Positions 46,007 to 56,633 of a stretch of 64,000 bases of DNA are shown in pieces. Numbering within the stretch: position 1 is the stretch's first letter; every line of letters begins with the position of its first letter. Origin of the DNA: Bacteroidales bacterium (GTDB taxonomy: Bacteria > Bacteroidota > Bacteroidia > Bacteroidales > UBA1715); contig JAZRXD010000044.1 in NCBI GenBank assembly GCA_045600045.1, forward strand, positions 5,593 through 69,592. The letters run 5' to 3'. The notes beneath the pieces were generated by a model. The model was not told the origin of the DNA, ran no database searches, and worked only from the letters and a program-made list of their open reading frames with translations. The position numbers were made by a program, and so were the translations under genes.

Positions 46007-47007
46007 TACGGGAATCTTTTGCAAATAGTTTGTGACAACAAAAATTCTATGCCGAGCATCAGTATTGCCCATAGAGCAAATGGTGCGAATTCTTCTTTTT
46101 TCTGAGTGAATTTATAGTCTTCGATTTTTGTTTTTTCGAGCGAATCGATTGTGTTATAGATTTTTACGAGTTCGTTTTTGTTTGTTGCACGGAAATATTG
46201 GCCGTTTGTCATTTTTGCAATTTTCATCAGCGTGGATTCGTCAAAACTGTTCTGAACCATTTGGGTTCCGTATGGTGTAGGATACGGAACTTCGCCTTTT
46301 CGTCCAACGCCGATGGTGTAAACTCTAATACCAAATTTAGATGCAAGTTCGGCTGCGGTAATCGGATCAATATCGCCACTGTTGTTATCGCCATCGGTGA
46401 GAAGAACGATAACTTTACTGATTGCTTTACTGTCGCGAAGTCGGTTTACGGCAAGTGCCAAACCCATTCCTATAGCGGTTCCATCGGTAATCATTCCACA
46501 TTCAAGGTCGTTCAAGAGATTGAGAAGCGTGACGTGGTCGGTTGTGAGCGGACATTGCGTAAAGCATTCGGAAGCAAAAACAACTAATCCCATTCTGTCG
46601 TACGGACGATTGTTTATGAAGTTTGCAGCAACATCTTTGGCAGCTTCCATTCTGTCCGGTTTCAAATCCATAGCGAGCATACTTGTCGATACGTCCATGG
46701 AAAGAACAATATCAACGCCGTAAGTTGTTGAATCTGAATACGTGTCAACAGAAACAGGACGACAAAGTGCCACGATTAAAAACGATAGAGCCAATAGTCT
46801 GAATACAAATGGGAAATGTATCAGAAAACGTTTGGGCGAGGCTGGAATGTCTTCAATGTCTTGTAACGATGCGGTACGTATGTGGGCAAATAGATTGGTG
46901 TGCTTCCAAATATACCAAGCAATGATAGGAATCAGCAGTAAAAACAACCAGAAGTATTCCGGGTTTTCGAAAGTAAAAAATCTGATATTTTTTAATGCCT
47001 CAATCAT
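46006..47007 (-). CDS. batA: BatA (vWA domain)
   Basis: FENPEYFWL, MIDAS DVSTS, PLTTDH, GTAIGMG, LTDGDNN, YTIGVG, YFRAT. Confidence 0.92.
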   Translation of the reverse strand: MIEALKNIRFFTFENPEYFWLFLLLIPIIAWYIWKHTNLFAHIRTASLQDIEDIPASPKRFLIHFPFVFRLLALSFLIVALCRPVSVDTYSDSTTYGVDIVLSMDVSTSMLAMDLKPDRMEAAKDVAANFINNRPYDRMGLVVFASECFTQCPLTTDHVTLLNLLNDLECGMITDGTAIGMGLALAVNRLRDSKAISKVIVLLTDGDNNSGDIDPITAAELASKFGIRVYTIGVGRKGEVPYPTPYGTQMVQNSFDESTLMKIAKMTNGQYFRATNKNELVKIYNTIDSLEKTKIEDYKFTQKKEEFAPFALWAILMLGIEFLLSQTICKRFP

Positions 47008-47954
47008 TGATTTACAGTTTCTTCCGTTTGATTAACTAAATGTTTACTTTCATTTATGCAAAATAGCGATAAACCATAGTGCATGTTGCTTGTTTCAATT
47101 GTTGGTTTATGTTTTGCAAATTTCACATAATCGGCTTCTTTCAGTATTATTTGCAAGTTTTGAATTACCGATAATGGTAGTTTTCCTGTTGAAATAACTT
47201 CCTGAATGATTTCGTCTGAGGTTTTTTCAAATGTGTCAATGTCGAGTACTTCTCCAAAATACGCACGAAGAATGTCTGTTAATTCCGTGTAATAGTTTTT
47301 AAACTCATCTTTTTCGCAGAGGTTGAGTGATTTAAGTTCTTCAAGTTCTCGTAAAGCTTTAATATCAGCTTTTTCTTTCTTGACTGCTTTTTTAGGAAGA
47401 ATAACAGATTTTTTCTTCTTCCATATATACCATCCGCCAAAGGCCAATAGAGCAAGAAGCAATACAATTCCAACGATGGTTAAAATCTTTGGCAGATAAT
47501 CTTTAAAAGAATACTCTGGAACACGGATTGGTTTAATTGGCTTTATAACGTCCGTAGAATCCAAAACTACCGTTTGAACCGATAATTGTACTGGTGAAGA
47601 CCAAATCGTGTCGTTGCCGTACAAAAACGGGCCAATTTCAAACGAGTATTCTCCTGCGTCGAAACAGGTTATCGGCATTTTTGTCTCTATTTTCCTGAAT
47701 TCTTTGTCGTTTGCTTTGGTGGTGTCAAAAGAGAATCCGTCAACGAATAAAATGTTGTGTGACAATTCTTTACTGAATTGAGGAAGAATAAGCGTTTTGT
47801 CAGCTTTGTATTCAATTGAAAGTGAAATGTTTTGTTGCTCTCCAATCAACATCTGATTTGTGTCGGGAACGGCTTCAATGGTAACGTCTGCACCAAATGT
47901 GTGTCCGCAAAGCAGTAAACCGCAAATCAATGTGATATATCGAGAGTGCTTCAT
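47004..47954 (-). CDS. Bat-cluster membrane protein
   Basis: Signal peptide, Ig-like region, TM helix, YYTELTDILRAY, ADYVKFAK; conserved position between DUF58 and batA. Confidence 0.8.
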   Translation of the reverse strand: MKHSRYITLICGLLLCGHTFGADVTIEAVPDTNQMLIGEQQNISLSIEYKADKTLILPQFSKELSHNILFVDGFSFDTTKANDKEFRKIETKMPITCFDAGEYSFEIGPFLYGNDTIWSSPVQLSVQTVVLDSTDVIKPIKPIRVPEYSFKDYLPKILTIVGIVLLLALLAFGGWYIWKKKKSVILPKKAVKKEKADIKALRELEELKSLNLCEKDEFKNYYTELTDILRAYFGEVLDIDTFEKTSDEIIQEVISTGKLPLSVIQNLQIILKEADYVKFAKHKPTIETSNMHYGLSLFCINESKHLVNQTEETVNQ

Positions 47955-47956
47955 TT

Positions 47957-48823
47957 CTATCGTTTTTTGAATAATGTCATCAGTGGTTTCACGTAATCTT
48001 CGTTGCTTTTGATGTGAACGTGTTCCACACCGGATTTTGTAAATGCGTCTTCCAAGTCGAGCATACGATTCATGTGGTTTTCTTCGAATGCCTGTCGTGT
48101 TGCTTTGCTGCTGGTGTCAAGCCATTGTTCGCGACCAGTTTCCGCGTCGGCAATGCGTACAAGGCCGATATTTGGCAGTTTTGATTCCAATTGGTCGTAC
48201 ACGCGTATTGCAACTAAATCGTGTTTCTTGTTAGCTATGGAAAGCGCGTCTTTCAAAGGGTGTTTGTCGTTAAAGTCGGAGATGAGGAACGCTGTGCAAT
48301 GGCGTTTAATCATATTTGTGAAATATTCCAATGCCAACGGAATGTCGGTTCCTTTGCTTTCTGGCTCAAATTCAAGAAGTTCGCGTATGATTCGCAGAAT
48401 ATGTTTACGACCTTTTTGTGGCAAAATGAATTTTTCAATCTTGTCGGAAAACAGCAAAACTCCAATTTTATCGTTGTTTTGTATTGCCGAAAACGACAAT
48501 GTTGCAGCCAGTTCCGTAATCATTTCTCGTTTGATTCTGGTACGTGAACCAATACCTTGCGATGCACTTAAATCAATGAGTAACATTACCGTAAGTTCTC
48601 GTTCTTCTTCGAAAACTTTAACATATGGTTTGTTCAATCGGGCAGTTACGTTCCAATCTATATCGCGAATTGCATCGCCGTAATGATAATCGCGAACTTC
48701 ACTGAAAGCCATACCATGTCCTTTGAAAGAACTATGGTATTCTCCGGCAAAAATATTGCGGGAGAGACCACGCGTTTTGATCTCAATCTTACGGACTTTT
48801 TTTATTAATTCGCTGGCTTCCAA
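47957..48823 (-). CDS. DUF58 domain protein (MoxR-associated)
   Basis: GEYHSSFKGHGMAFSEVRDY, IDWNVTAR, EEERE, ISDF; TTG start. Confidence 0.93.
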   Translation of the reverse strand: MEASELIKKVRKIEIKTRGLSRNIFAGEYHSSFKGHGMAFSEVRDYHYGDAIRDIDWNVTARLNKPYVKVFEEERELTVMLLIDLSASQGIGSRTRIKREMITELAATLSFSAIQNNDKIGVLLFSDKIEKFILPQKGRKHILRIIRELLEFEPESKGTDIPLALEYFTNMIKRHCTAFLISDFNDKHPLKDALSIANKKHDLVAIRVYDQLESKLPNIGLVRIADAETGREQWLDTSSKATRQAFEENHMNRMLDLEDAFTKSGVEHVHIKSNEDYVKPLMTLFKKR

Positions 48824-48826
48824 AAT

Positions 48827-48853
48827 ATTAGTGATTAGTGATTAGTGATTAGT
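48827..48853. repeat. Tandem heptamer (ATTAGTG)3 + ATTAGT
   Basis: Perfect repeat 4 nt upstream of the DUF58 start codon. Confidence 0.9.
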
Positions 48854-48879
48854 TTTTGGAAAAACGTAATCATTATATC

Positions 48880-49899
48880 TTATGGCACATCAACTGCATT
48901 GACAATCTTAGTAATAATGTCTTCGGTTGAAACATTTTCGGCTTCAGCTTCGTATGTTAATCCAATTCTGTGACGAAGAACCGAATGGCAAACTGCACGT
49001 ATGTCTTCTGGAATTACATATCCACGACGTTTGATGAATGCGTATGCTTTCGCGGCTTTTGCCAAGCAAATTCCCGCACGTGGAGAGCAACCAAAGCTGA
49101 TTAATGGCTTTAAATCTTCCAATTTGTATTGTTCTGGAAAACGAGTCGCAAAAACTATGTCAACAATGTATTTTTCAATTTTCTCGTCCATATATACTTC
49201 GGAAACAATTTCGCGTGCTTTGATGATTGCATCTGTCGAAATTACTTGATTTGCGACAGGGAAAATTTTCTGCAAATTTTGACGAATAATTGTTTGTTCT
49301 TCCTCTTTTTTAGGATACCCAACCACAATCTTCAACATAAAACGGTCAACTTGAGCTTCAGGAAGAGGATATGTACCTTCCTGTTCAATAGGGTTTTGTG
49401 TTGCCATTACAAGGAATGGTTCTTCCAATTTGTATGTATTTGGACCAATTGTTACTTGCCGTTCTTGCATTGCTTCCAAAAGAGCACTTTGCACTTTCGA
49501 TGGCGCACGGTTGATTTCGTCGGCCAAGATAAAGTTGGCGAAAATAGGACCTTTTTTCACAACAAAATCTTCGTTTTTCTGACTGTAAATCATTGTTCCC
49601 AACAAGTCGGCTGGAAGTAAGTCGGGGGTGAACTGAATACGACTGAACGATGCTGCGATTGTCTTTGCCAATGTGTTGATTGCCAATGTTTTTGCCAGTC
49701 CGGGAACACCTTCAAGAAGAATGTTGCCGTTAGAGAGCAAACCGATTAGCAAACCTTCAATCAAATCTTTCTGACCAACTATAACTTTCTGCATTTCGTG
49801 TGAAATCAAGTCAACGAAAGCACTTTCTTGCTGAATACGGCTGTTTAATTCCATAATGTCAACGTGGGAATTGCCGTTCAAAGCTGAATTATTGTCCAT
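48880..49899 (-). CDS. moxR: MoxR family AAA+ ATPase
   Basis: GVPGLAKT, RIQFTPDLLPAD, LADEINRA, ATQNPIEQEGTYPLPEAQVDRF. Confidence 0.95.
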   Translation of the reverse strand: MDNNSALNGNSHVDIMELNSRIQQESAFVDLISHEMQKVIVGQKDLIEGLLIGLLSNGNILLEGVPGLAKTLAINTLAKTIAASFSRIQFTPDLLPADLLGTMIYSQKNEDFVVKKGPIFANFILADEINRAPSKVQSALLEAMQERQVTIGPNTYKLEEPFLVMATQNPIEQEGTYPLPEAQVDRFMLKIVVGYPKKEEEQTIIRQNLQKIFPVANQVISTDAIIKAREIVSEVYMDEKIEKYIVDIVFATRFPEQYKLEDLKPLISFGCSPRAGICLAKAAKAYAFIKRRGYVIPEDIRAVCHSVLRHRIGLTYEAEAENVSTEDIITKIVNAVDVP

Positions 49900-50136
49900 A
49901 GAGTATGTTTTTATCATTTTCGAAAACCGAGCGAAATTACAAAATCAAAACATTTGTTGAATCGAAAAAAAATAAAAATTATTGTGTTGTTGATAAGTCG
50001 GAATGAAATGTGAAAAACAACGGTTGATGAGAATATCATATTAAAGACTACGGCGTTTTTATTTGTAACAAATCGTTTTTTGTGTATTTTTGTCTCAACA
50101 AAAAATGGTCATTGAGTTATGGATCGCAAGATTAGT

Positions 50137-51084
50137 ATGATTGGAAGGCATCTGATACGAATTAAAGTCCTTCAAACATTGTATGCGTACAAAAAAGCGG
50201 AAAATCCCGATTTTAAAGTTTCTTACAAAGAATTGGAATTTAGTTTAAAAAAATCATACGAACAATATCTTACGTTTTTGTTAATCCTTTCAGAATTACG
50301 AAGTTTTGCTGAACGCAGAATCGCTCAAATCCAAGAACGACAAATAAAAGATGATGCTGCATGGCAACGTTTGCAGAAATTGGCAAACAATCGTGTGCTG
50401 TTTCAGTTGGAAAACAACCCTGATTTTATTTCTATCATTACAAACGAAAAATTATCGTTGGAAAATTACAAAGTGGCTTTTAAAGAAATTTTCAACACTG
50501 TAATTTCCGCAGAATTGTACGATGATTATTTGAAAGCAGAAGATTCGTACGAAACCGACAAAAATTTCGTAAAAACTGTTTTGAACAATGTGGTTGCCGA
50601 AACAGAATCGTTGTTCGATTCTTTCGAAGAACATTCAATTTACTGGAATGACGATGTGGACAATGTGGTTTCGATGGTGGAAAAGACAATTAAAGGTTTT
50701 TGCGAAAAGAACGAAAATGGTGGCAAAATCTTCCCGATGTTTGCCGATGCCGAAACTCACGATTTTGGCTATACTTTATTTACAAAAGCTGTTAAATTGT
50801 GGGACGAAATCAATCTATACATCGATAAAAATCTAAAAAACTGGAAACAGGAGCGTGTTGCCGAAATGGACATTATAATAATGCAGTTGGGAATCACCGA
50901 AATGATGACTTTCAACGAAATTCCAATTCCTGTTTCTATGAACGAATATATTGAATTGGCAAAATGGTACAGTACTGAAAATAGCGGTCAGTTTGTGAAC
51001 GGCGTGATGTACAAAGTAGCTGACGAACTCAAGCAAGAAGGAAAAATCAAAAAAGTTGGTCGTGGTTTAATTGAAAAGCTATGA
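50137..51084 (+). CDS. nusB: Transcription antitermination factor NusB (long Bacteroidota form)
   Basis: RIKVLQTLYAY, WKQERVAEMD, VSMNEYIELAKWYS, FVNGV. Alternative start at 50119. Confidence 0.9.
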   Translation: MIGRHLIRIKVLQTLYAYKKAENPDFKVSYKELEFSLKKSYEQYLTFLLILSELRSFAERRIAQIQERQIKDDAAWQRLQKLANNRVLFQLENNPDFISIITNEKLSLENYKVAFKEIFNTVISAELYDDYLKAEDSYETDKNFVKTVLNNVVAETESLFDSFEEHSIYWNDDVDNVVSMVEKTIKGFCEKNENGGKIFPMFADAETHDFGYTLFTKAVKLWDEINLYIDKNLKNWKQERVAEMDIIIMQLGITEMMTFNEIPIPVSMNEYIELAKWYSTENSGQFVNGVMYKVADELKQEGKIKKVGRGLIEKL

Positions 51085-51497
51085 AAAAGTTTAGTTTGTT
51101 CATGTCGTTAGCGTTGCTATTCGCTTGTTCGTGCAATTCCGGCAATTCAAAATCTGAAGTCGAAACAGCGACGGACACCATCACTTCGATTGAATTTGAA
51201 AGTAAAACGTATGCTTTTGGTGAAGTTGTGAAAGGTGAAGTTGTGGAACATACATATATTTTCACAAACACGGGAAATATCGATTTGATTATTGACGAAG
51301 TTGATCCTTCGTGTGGTTGTACAACTCCGGAATGGACGAAAGAACCTGTAAAACCAGGTGAAAAAGGCAAAATTCGTGTTAAATTCGATACTCAGCACCA
51401 AAGTCTTGGAAATAAGACAAAGCAAGTCGCTGTTTATTCAAACACGAAGCCTTCGCGCAATTTGTTGCAGTTTTCTGCTCAAGTGGTGGAACAATAA
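51081..51497 (+). CDS. DUF1573 domain lipoprotein
   Basis: Lipobox FACSC, FTNTG, SCGCT, PVKPGEKG. Confidence 0.88.
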   Translation: MKKFSLFMSLALLFACSCNSGNSKSEVETATDTITSIEFESKTYAFGEVVKGEVVEHTYIFTNTGNIDLIIDEVDPSCGCTTPEWTKEPVKPGEKGKIRVKFDTQHQSLGNKTKQVAVYSNTKPSRNLLQFSAQVVEQ

Positions 51498-51579
51498 AAC
51501 CATTTCGGTTACTAATTCGATAGGGAAAATTGTGGAATGGGAATTTAGTGTATTTTTGTAAAAAATAATTTTAGATACT

Positions 51580-51900
51580 ATGTTACAAATTTTATTACAG
51601 GCAGATCCTGCAGCACAAGGTGGCGGAGCCGGAAGTTTATTACTTTTAGTCGGAATCATGGTTATTTTCTTTATTTTCATGATTCGTCCACAAATGAAGA
51701 AACAAAAAGAGGAACAAAAATTCCGCGAAGGTTTACAAAAAGGTGATTCGGTTGTTACAATCGGTGGAATCAGCGGAAAAATCGTTGAAATTAAAGGTGA
51801 CAATACAGTAATGTTGGAAATTGCGAAAGATGTTGTTATTAAAATCAGCAAATCCGCATTGTTGAAAGACCAATCTGCTTTGGCTGAACAATCAAAGTAG
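51580..51900 (+). CDS. yajC: Preprotein translocase subunit YajC
   Basis: FMIRPQMKKQK, GDSVVTIGGISG. Confidence 0.95.
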   Translation: MLQILLQADPAAQGGGAGSLLLLVGIMVIFFIFMIRPQMKKQKEEQKFREGLQKGDSVVTIGGISGKIVEIKGDNTVMLEIAKDVVIKISKSALLKDQSALAEQSK

Positions 51901-51929
51901 TTTTGGATAAATCCTTCAATAAAAACACG

Positions 51930-51960
51930 AAAGGTTGATGAATATTCGTCAACCTTTTTT
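51930..51960 (+). terminator. Intrinsic terminator after yajC
   Basis: AAAGGTTGATGAA-TA-TTCGTCAACCTTT followed by a T-run. Confidence 0.75.
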
Positions 51961-51971
51961 ATTTTTACCAA

Positions 51972-52940
51972 GTGGAAATAACGAAAAAATATAGTCGTCG
52001 TCAGATTGCGTTTAGGAAATGGCTAAGAAAATATACGCCGTTTCTTGTCTGTATTTTCATTGCGTTTGTGCTTTGGTTCACGCGTGAAATGGGAAAAACA
52101 TACGAAGAGCAACTTACCATTCCTGTAGTATACGAAAATATTCCCAAGTCGTTGGTTTTGGTTTCTGAAGTCCCCGATAAATTGTCGATTTCGGTGGAAA
52201 GTTCAGGCTGGGGCATATTGTCGCATTATGTTTTTGACGATAAAACAATTACCGTAAACGTTGCTGAAGTTATGACGTCGGATTATTCCCACGTTAGCAC
52301 AAAAGATGCGCGCATATTGGCTTCGTTGGGCAGTCAGCTCAAGGTGATTGACGTTTATCCGTTTGAAATTACGTTCACGTTTGAAAATGTGAATTCTAAA
52401 CGAGTTCCTGTTTCTGCTGATGTCGCTTTGTCGTTCGAACAGCAATACGAAATGGATGGCGATGTAGTGATTATTCCCGATACTATTTCTATTTATGGTG
52501 CTAAAAATGTACTTGATAAAATCACAGAAGTTCGTGCAAAGCCGTTTTCTTTGAAAAAACTTAATTCTTCATTCTCCGAAAAAGTGGCATTGGAACCGAT
52601 TAAAAATGTTGATTTTAGTACAGAACAGGTTACGGTTGCTGGTACAGTTGAAAAATTTACTGAACAATCAGTTTCCGTTCCGATAAAATTGTTGAATATT
52701 CCTGGTGGTATTACATTCGATTTGATGACAGACCGTGTGACGATTACATTTTTGATTGGAATGAGTAAAGTTCAACAATATTATCCGTCTGATTTTGAGG
52801 CAATTGCCGATTTTGAAAAACGTATGCCGAATGGTACAATTCCAGTGGAAATTGTACGTTTTCCGCAGTTTGTGAGAATTATCAATCAAAATCCTGTGAA
52901 TGACGGAATAATCACCAATATTTCTGATTCAAATGAATAG
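51972..52940 (+). CDS. YbbR-like (CdaR family) protein
   Basis: N-terminal TM helix, SKRVPV, PDTISIYG, VEKFTE; located between yajC and coaE. Confidence 0.78.
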   Translation: MEITKKYSRRQIAFRKWLRKYTPFLVCIFIAFVLWFTREMGKTYEEQLTIPVVYENIPKSLVLVSEVPDKLSISVESSGWGILSHYVFDDKTITVNVAEVMTSDYSHVSTKDARILASLGSQLKVIDVYPFEITFTFENVNSKRVPVSADVALSFEQQYEMDGDVVIIPDTISIYGAKNVLDKITEVRAKPFSLKKLNSSFSEKVALEPIKNVDFSTEQVTVAGTVEKFTEQSVSVPIKLLNIPGGITFDLMTDRVTITFLIGMSKVQQYYPSDFEAIADFEKRMPNGTIPVEIVRFPQFVRIINQNPVNDGIITNISDSNE

Positions 52941-53514
52941 ATACGTTGCTTTGACTGGTGGAATTGGCTGTGGGAAAAGCGTGGTGTCGAAGATTTTTTC
53001 TTGTATGGATATTCCTGTATACGACAGCGACAGTCGTGCGAAAAATCTTATGAATACAGATTCGGAAATAGTTTCGTCAATGGTAAAATTGTTGGGTGAA
53101 CAGATTTATAAAGATTCTGTTTTACAGAAAAATATCGTAGCGCAAATGATTTTCACAAACAGAGATTTGTGCCGCAAAGTCAATGAAATTGTGCATCCTC
53201 GTGTTTGGAACGATTACAAGATTTGGAGCGACAAGCAAAAAGCACCGTTTACGGTAATGGAAACAGCATTGTTGTACGAAACAGATTTGTATAAGAATTT
53301 TGATAAATCAATTTTTGTGAACGCTTCGGACGAAATTCGTATTCAGCGAGTTATGAGGCGTGACAATTGCGATAGAAATGCGGTACTTAATCGAATAAAA
53401 AATCAATCGTCGATTGAAAATGCGTTGCAAAAAGCTGATTTTATTATTGAAAATAGTGATACTTTTGTAGTCAATCAAGTGGTTGATATTTATAATAAGT
53501 TGATGCAGGAATAA
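52933..53514 (+). CDS. coaE: Dephospho-CoA kinase
   Basis: [27 protein letters not shown]. Confidence 0.94.
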   Translation: MNRYVALTGGIGCGKSVVSKIFSCMDIPVYDSDSRAKNLMNTDSEIVSSMVKLLGEQIYKDSVLQKNIVAQMIFTNRDLCRKVNEIVHPRVWNDYKIWSDKQKAPFTVMETALLYETDLYKNFDKSIFVNASDEIRIQRVMRRDNCDRNAVLNRIKNQSSIENALQKADFIIENSDTFVVNQVVDIYNKLMQE

Positions 53515-54254
53515 TGGCACGTTTAGGAAGAATAATAGGAGCGGGAATTGGTTTTGCCACTGGCGGAATCATAGGAGCTTTGATTGGCGGTGCCATTGGT
53601 TCTCTGTTCGACAATGTCGGGCAAACGTCAAAAACGACAATCGAAAATCCATTCATGCAACAACAACGAATGTCGCAAAACGATTTTTATAGTTCGTTGC
53701 TCGTGTTGATTGCCGCAGTGATGAAAGCCGACGGCATTGTGAAAAAATCCGAATTGGATTATGTGAAAGGTTATTTGTTGCGTTCGTTTGGTGAAACAAA
53801 AGCTACGCAAATGTTGCATGCTTTGCGCGATATTTTGCAGAAAGAAATACCGTTGCAACAAGTTTGCACACAGATACGTCAGAACATGCAACACGCATCA
53901 CGCTTGGAGTTGCTGCATTTGTTGTATTCGGTTGCAAAGAGCGACGGTTCGATAGATCCTTCGGAATTGAGGTTGATTGATTCCATTGCAGGAATGTTGG
54001 GGATTTCGGCGGCAGACAATCAATCAATCAAATCAACATTCTACGATGATTTGGAAAGTGCCTACAAAGTGCTTGAAATTGATTCTTCTGCAACCGACGA
54101 GGAAGTTAAGAAAGCCTATAAGAAAATGGCTGTGAAATATCATCCTGACAAAGTAAGTCATTTAGGTGAGGATGTACAAAAAACAGCCACGGAAAAGTTC
54201 AAAAAAATCAACGAGGCATACGAAAAAATCAAAAAACAAAGAAATCTCAATTAA
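53514..54254 (+). CDS. DjlA-like co-chaperone (TerB + DnaJ domain)
   Basis: Gly-rich TM anchor, VMKADG, J-domain with YHPDK. Confidence 0.9.
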   Translation: MARLGRIIGAGIGFATGGIIGALIGGAIGSLFDNVGQTSKTTIENPFMQQQRMSQNDFYSSLLVLIAAVMKADGIVKKSELDYVKGYLLRSFGETKATQMLHALRDILQKEIPLQQVCTQIRQNMQHASRLELLHLLYSVAKSDGSIDPSELRLIDSIAGMLGISAADNQSIKSTFYDDLESAYKVLEIDSSATDEEVKKAYKKMAVKYHPDKVSHLGEDVQKTATEKFKKINEAYEKIKKQRNLN

Positions 54255-54276
54255 TTCATTATAAACAATTTATAGT

Positions 54277-54825
54277 ATGTTAAAAGACATTTTATCAATT
54301 TCGGGACATTCAGGTTTGTTTAAACTTGTTGCTCAATCATCGAAAAGTATTATTGTTGAATCGTTGGAAACACATCAGAAAATGCCGGTGTATTTCACTT
54401 CTAAAGTAAGTGCATTGGAAGACATTGCAATTTACACTGATGAAGAGGAAATTCCATTGTCTCAGATTTTTGAGAAAATCTACAAAATGGAAAATAAAGG
54501 TCAAACTTCTGTTTCTTCAAAATCTTCGAACGACGATATTAAGGATTATTTCGGCGATATTTTACCAGATTATGACAAAGAACGTGTGTACGTTTCGGAT
54601 ATGAAAAAAGTGTTGAATTGGTACAATATTTTGTTGTCGCAAAATATGTTGAATTTCGACGAAGAGAAAAAAGAAGCTAAAAAAGCAGTAAAAAGCGAAG
54701 AGGCTAAAGAAGTAAAAGAAGCAAAACCAAAAATTGCCAAAAAATCGGAAAAAACAGTAGAACCAAAAGCTGAAGCAAAACCGAAAAAAGCAAAAACTAC
54801 AAAGTCAGCAAAGAAAGATGAGTAG
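54277..54825 (+). CDS. DUF5606 domain protein with Lys/Ala/Glu-rich tail
   Basis: ILSISGHSGLFKL, LEDIAIYT, PDYDKERVYVSDMKKVLNWYN. Confidence 0.8.
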   Translation: MLKDILSISGHSGLFKLVAQSSKSIIVESLETHQKMPVYFTSKVSALEDIAIYTDEEEIPLSQIFEKIYKMENKGQTSVSSKSSNDDIKDYFGDILPDYDKERVYVSDMKKVLNWYNILLSQNMLNFDEEKKEAKKAVKSEEAKEVKEAKPKIAKKSEKTVEPKAEAKPKKAKTTKSAKKDE

Positions 54826-56536
54826 TTTGTTGGAACAAGCAAAACAAAAACGAACATTCGTAGCTTCGGATTTACAAATTAAGTCTTGGAACGACGTTCG
54901 TCCGTATTTTGAACAATTATTGGCGTTTGAAATTGATTCCGACGCGGCAATGAAACAGTTTCTGGCAAACAGAAGCGAGTTGGAGGCCGCATTGGAAGAG
55001 GATATGTCGTGGCGTTATATAAAAATGACGTGCAATACGACCGACGAAGCTTTGCGTGAATCTTTCAATACATTTGCGACGGAGATTGATCCCGAAGTTC
55101 AGAAATATTCGAATTTGCTGGACAAAAAATGTCTTTCATGTGAATATTTCCAAAAATTGGCCGGCGACTATCATATAATGAAACGTGCCATGCAACAACG
55201 TGAGGCGTTGTTCCGTGAGGAAAATGTTTCGTTGATTGCGGAATTGCAGACGATGGAGCAGGAATATGGAAATATTACTTCTCAAATGACTGTTGATTAT
55301 GAAGGGAAAAAAACTTTGCAACAAGCGTCTGTCTATTTGAAGAAAAACGACAGAAACGTACGCGAAACTGTTTTTATGAAAATTCAGAATCGACGTGTAC
55401 AAGATGAAAAGGCACTAAATGACAATCTGTCTGCTATGATAGAAAAACGCAATTTGGTTGCATTAAATGCGGGCTTCCAAAATTTCCGTGATTATAAGTT
55501 CAAAAGTTTGTGTCGTTTTGATTATACAAAAGACGATTGTTTTGCTTTCCATTCTGCTATTCAGAAATCGGTTCCGCCAATCTTGTCGGAATTGAATAAA
55601 GAGCGTAAATCAAAGTTGGGGTATGGTACATTGCGTCCGTGGGATATGGACGTTGATCCAGACCAGCAGCCACCGTTGATTCCGTTTAAAAATGTTGATG
55701 ATTTTGTTGCGAAAGCTATTACTTGTTTTTCCGAAATAAAACCGTTTTATGGTGATTGTCTGAAATTGTTGTCGGATAATGGATATTGGGATTTGGAATC
55801 AAGAATAGGTAAAGCACCGGGTGGATATAATAATCCGTTGTACGAAAGTAATGTCCCGTTCATTTTCATGAACGCTGCAGGTACTTTGCACGATGTGGAG
55901 ACTATTGTACACGAAGGAGGGCACGCAATACATTCAATCATTTCTGCGGATTTGCCGTTGGTTGATTTTAAGGATTTGCCGTCGGAAGTTGCCGAATTGG
56001 CTTCAATGAGCATGGAATTGATTTCTATGGAACATTGGCATGTTTTTTTCGAAGACGAAAATGATTTGAAACGTGCAAAAAAATCTCAGTTGGAAGGCGT
56101 TTTAAGCGTTCTTCCGTGGATTGCAATTGTCGATAAATTCCAACATTGGTTATACGAAAATCCTACGCATAGCATACAAGAGCGAGAAACTGCGTGGCTT
56201 ACGATTTTGAAAGAGTTTTCGAGCGAAGTAGATGCCGATTGGTCTGGCTTGGAACGATATAGAAAATGTTCTTGGCAAAAACAATTACATATTTTCGAAG
56301 TTCCGTTTTACTACATTGAGTATGGTTTTGCACAATTGGGTGCCATTGCAATGTGGAAACAGTACAAAGAAAATCCACATAAGGCATTGGAACACTACGA
56401 AGCGTTTATGAAGTTGGGCTACACTAAATCCATTCCAGAAATCTACAAAGCTGCGGGAATTGAATTTTCGTTTTCGTACGAATATGTTAAGACTTTGGCT
56501 GATTTTGTGTATAGCGAAATCAAGAAATTGAATTAG
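54818..56536 (+). CDS. M3 family oligoendopeptidase (PepF-like)
   Basis: HEGGHAIH (HExxH), EVAELASMSME, HIFEVPFYYIEY. Confidence 0.93.
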   Translation: MSSLLEQAKQKRTFVASDLQIKSWNDVRPYFEQLLAFEIDSDAAMKQFLANRSELEAALEEDMSWRYIKMTCNTTDEALRESFNTFATEIDPEVQKYSNLLDKKCLSCEYFQKLAGDYHIMKRAMQQREALFREENVSLIAELQTMEQEYGNITSQMTVDYEGKKTLQQASVYLKKNDRNVRETVFMKIQNRRVQDEKALNDNLSAMIEKRNLVALNAGFQNFRDYKFKSLCRFDYTKDDCFAFHSAIQKSVPPILSELNKERKSKLGYGTLRPWDMDVDPDQQPPLIPFKNVDDFVAKAITCFSEIKPFYGDCLKLLSDNGYWDLESRIGKAPGGYNNPLYESNVPFIFMNAAGTLHDVETIVHEGGHAIHSIISADLPLVDFKDLPSEVAELASMSMELISMEHWHVFFEDENDLKRAKKSQLEGVLSVLPWIAIVDKFQHWLYENPTHSIQERETAWLTILKEFSSEVDADWSGLERYRKCSWQKQLHIFEVPFYYIEYGFAQLGAIAMWKQYKENPHKALEHYEAFMKLGYTKSIPEIYKAAGIEFSFSYEYVKTLADFVYSEIKKLN

Positions 56537-56633
56537 TCGATTCCGTTTGCAAATTGTTAATTAAAGCAACGGATTTTTGAAGTGTAAAGCTGTCGGTTTT
56601 CGTACTTTTGAACCAATATAAAAGAGTAAAACA

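Noticed and set aside
50137-51084. NusB about twice the length of E. coli NusB
   Set aside because: The normal long form in Bacteroidota.
54660-54825. Histone-like Lys/Ala-rich tail on the DUF5606 protein
   Set aside because: Variable low-complexity tails are common in this family; no further evidence of DNA binding.
56542-56578. Weak hairpin after the M3 peptidase gene
   Set aside because: Bulged stem with a long loop; too weak to call as a terminator.
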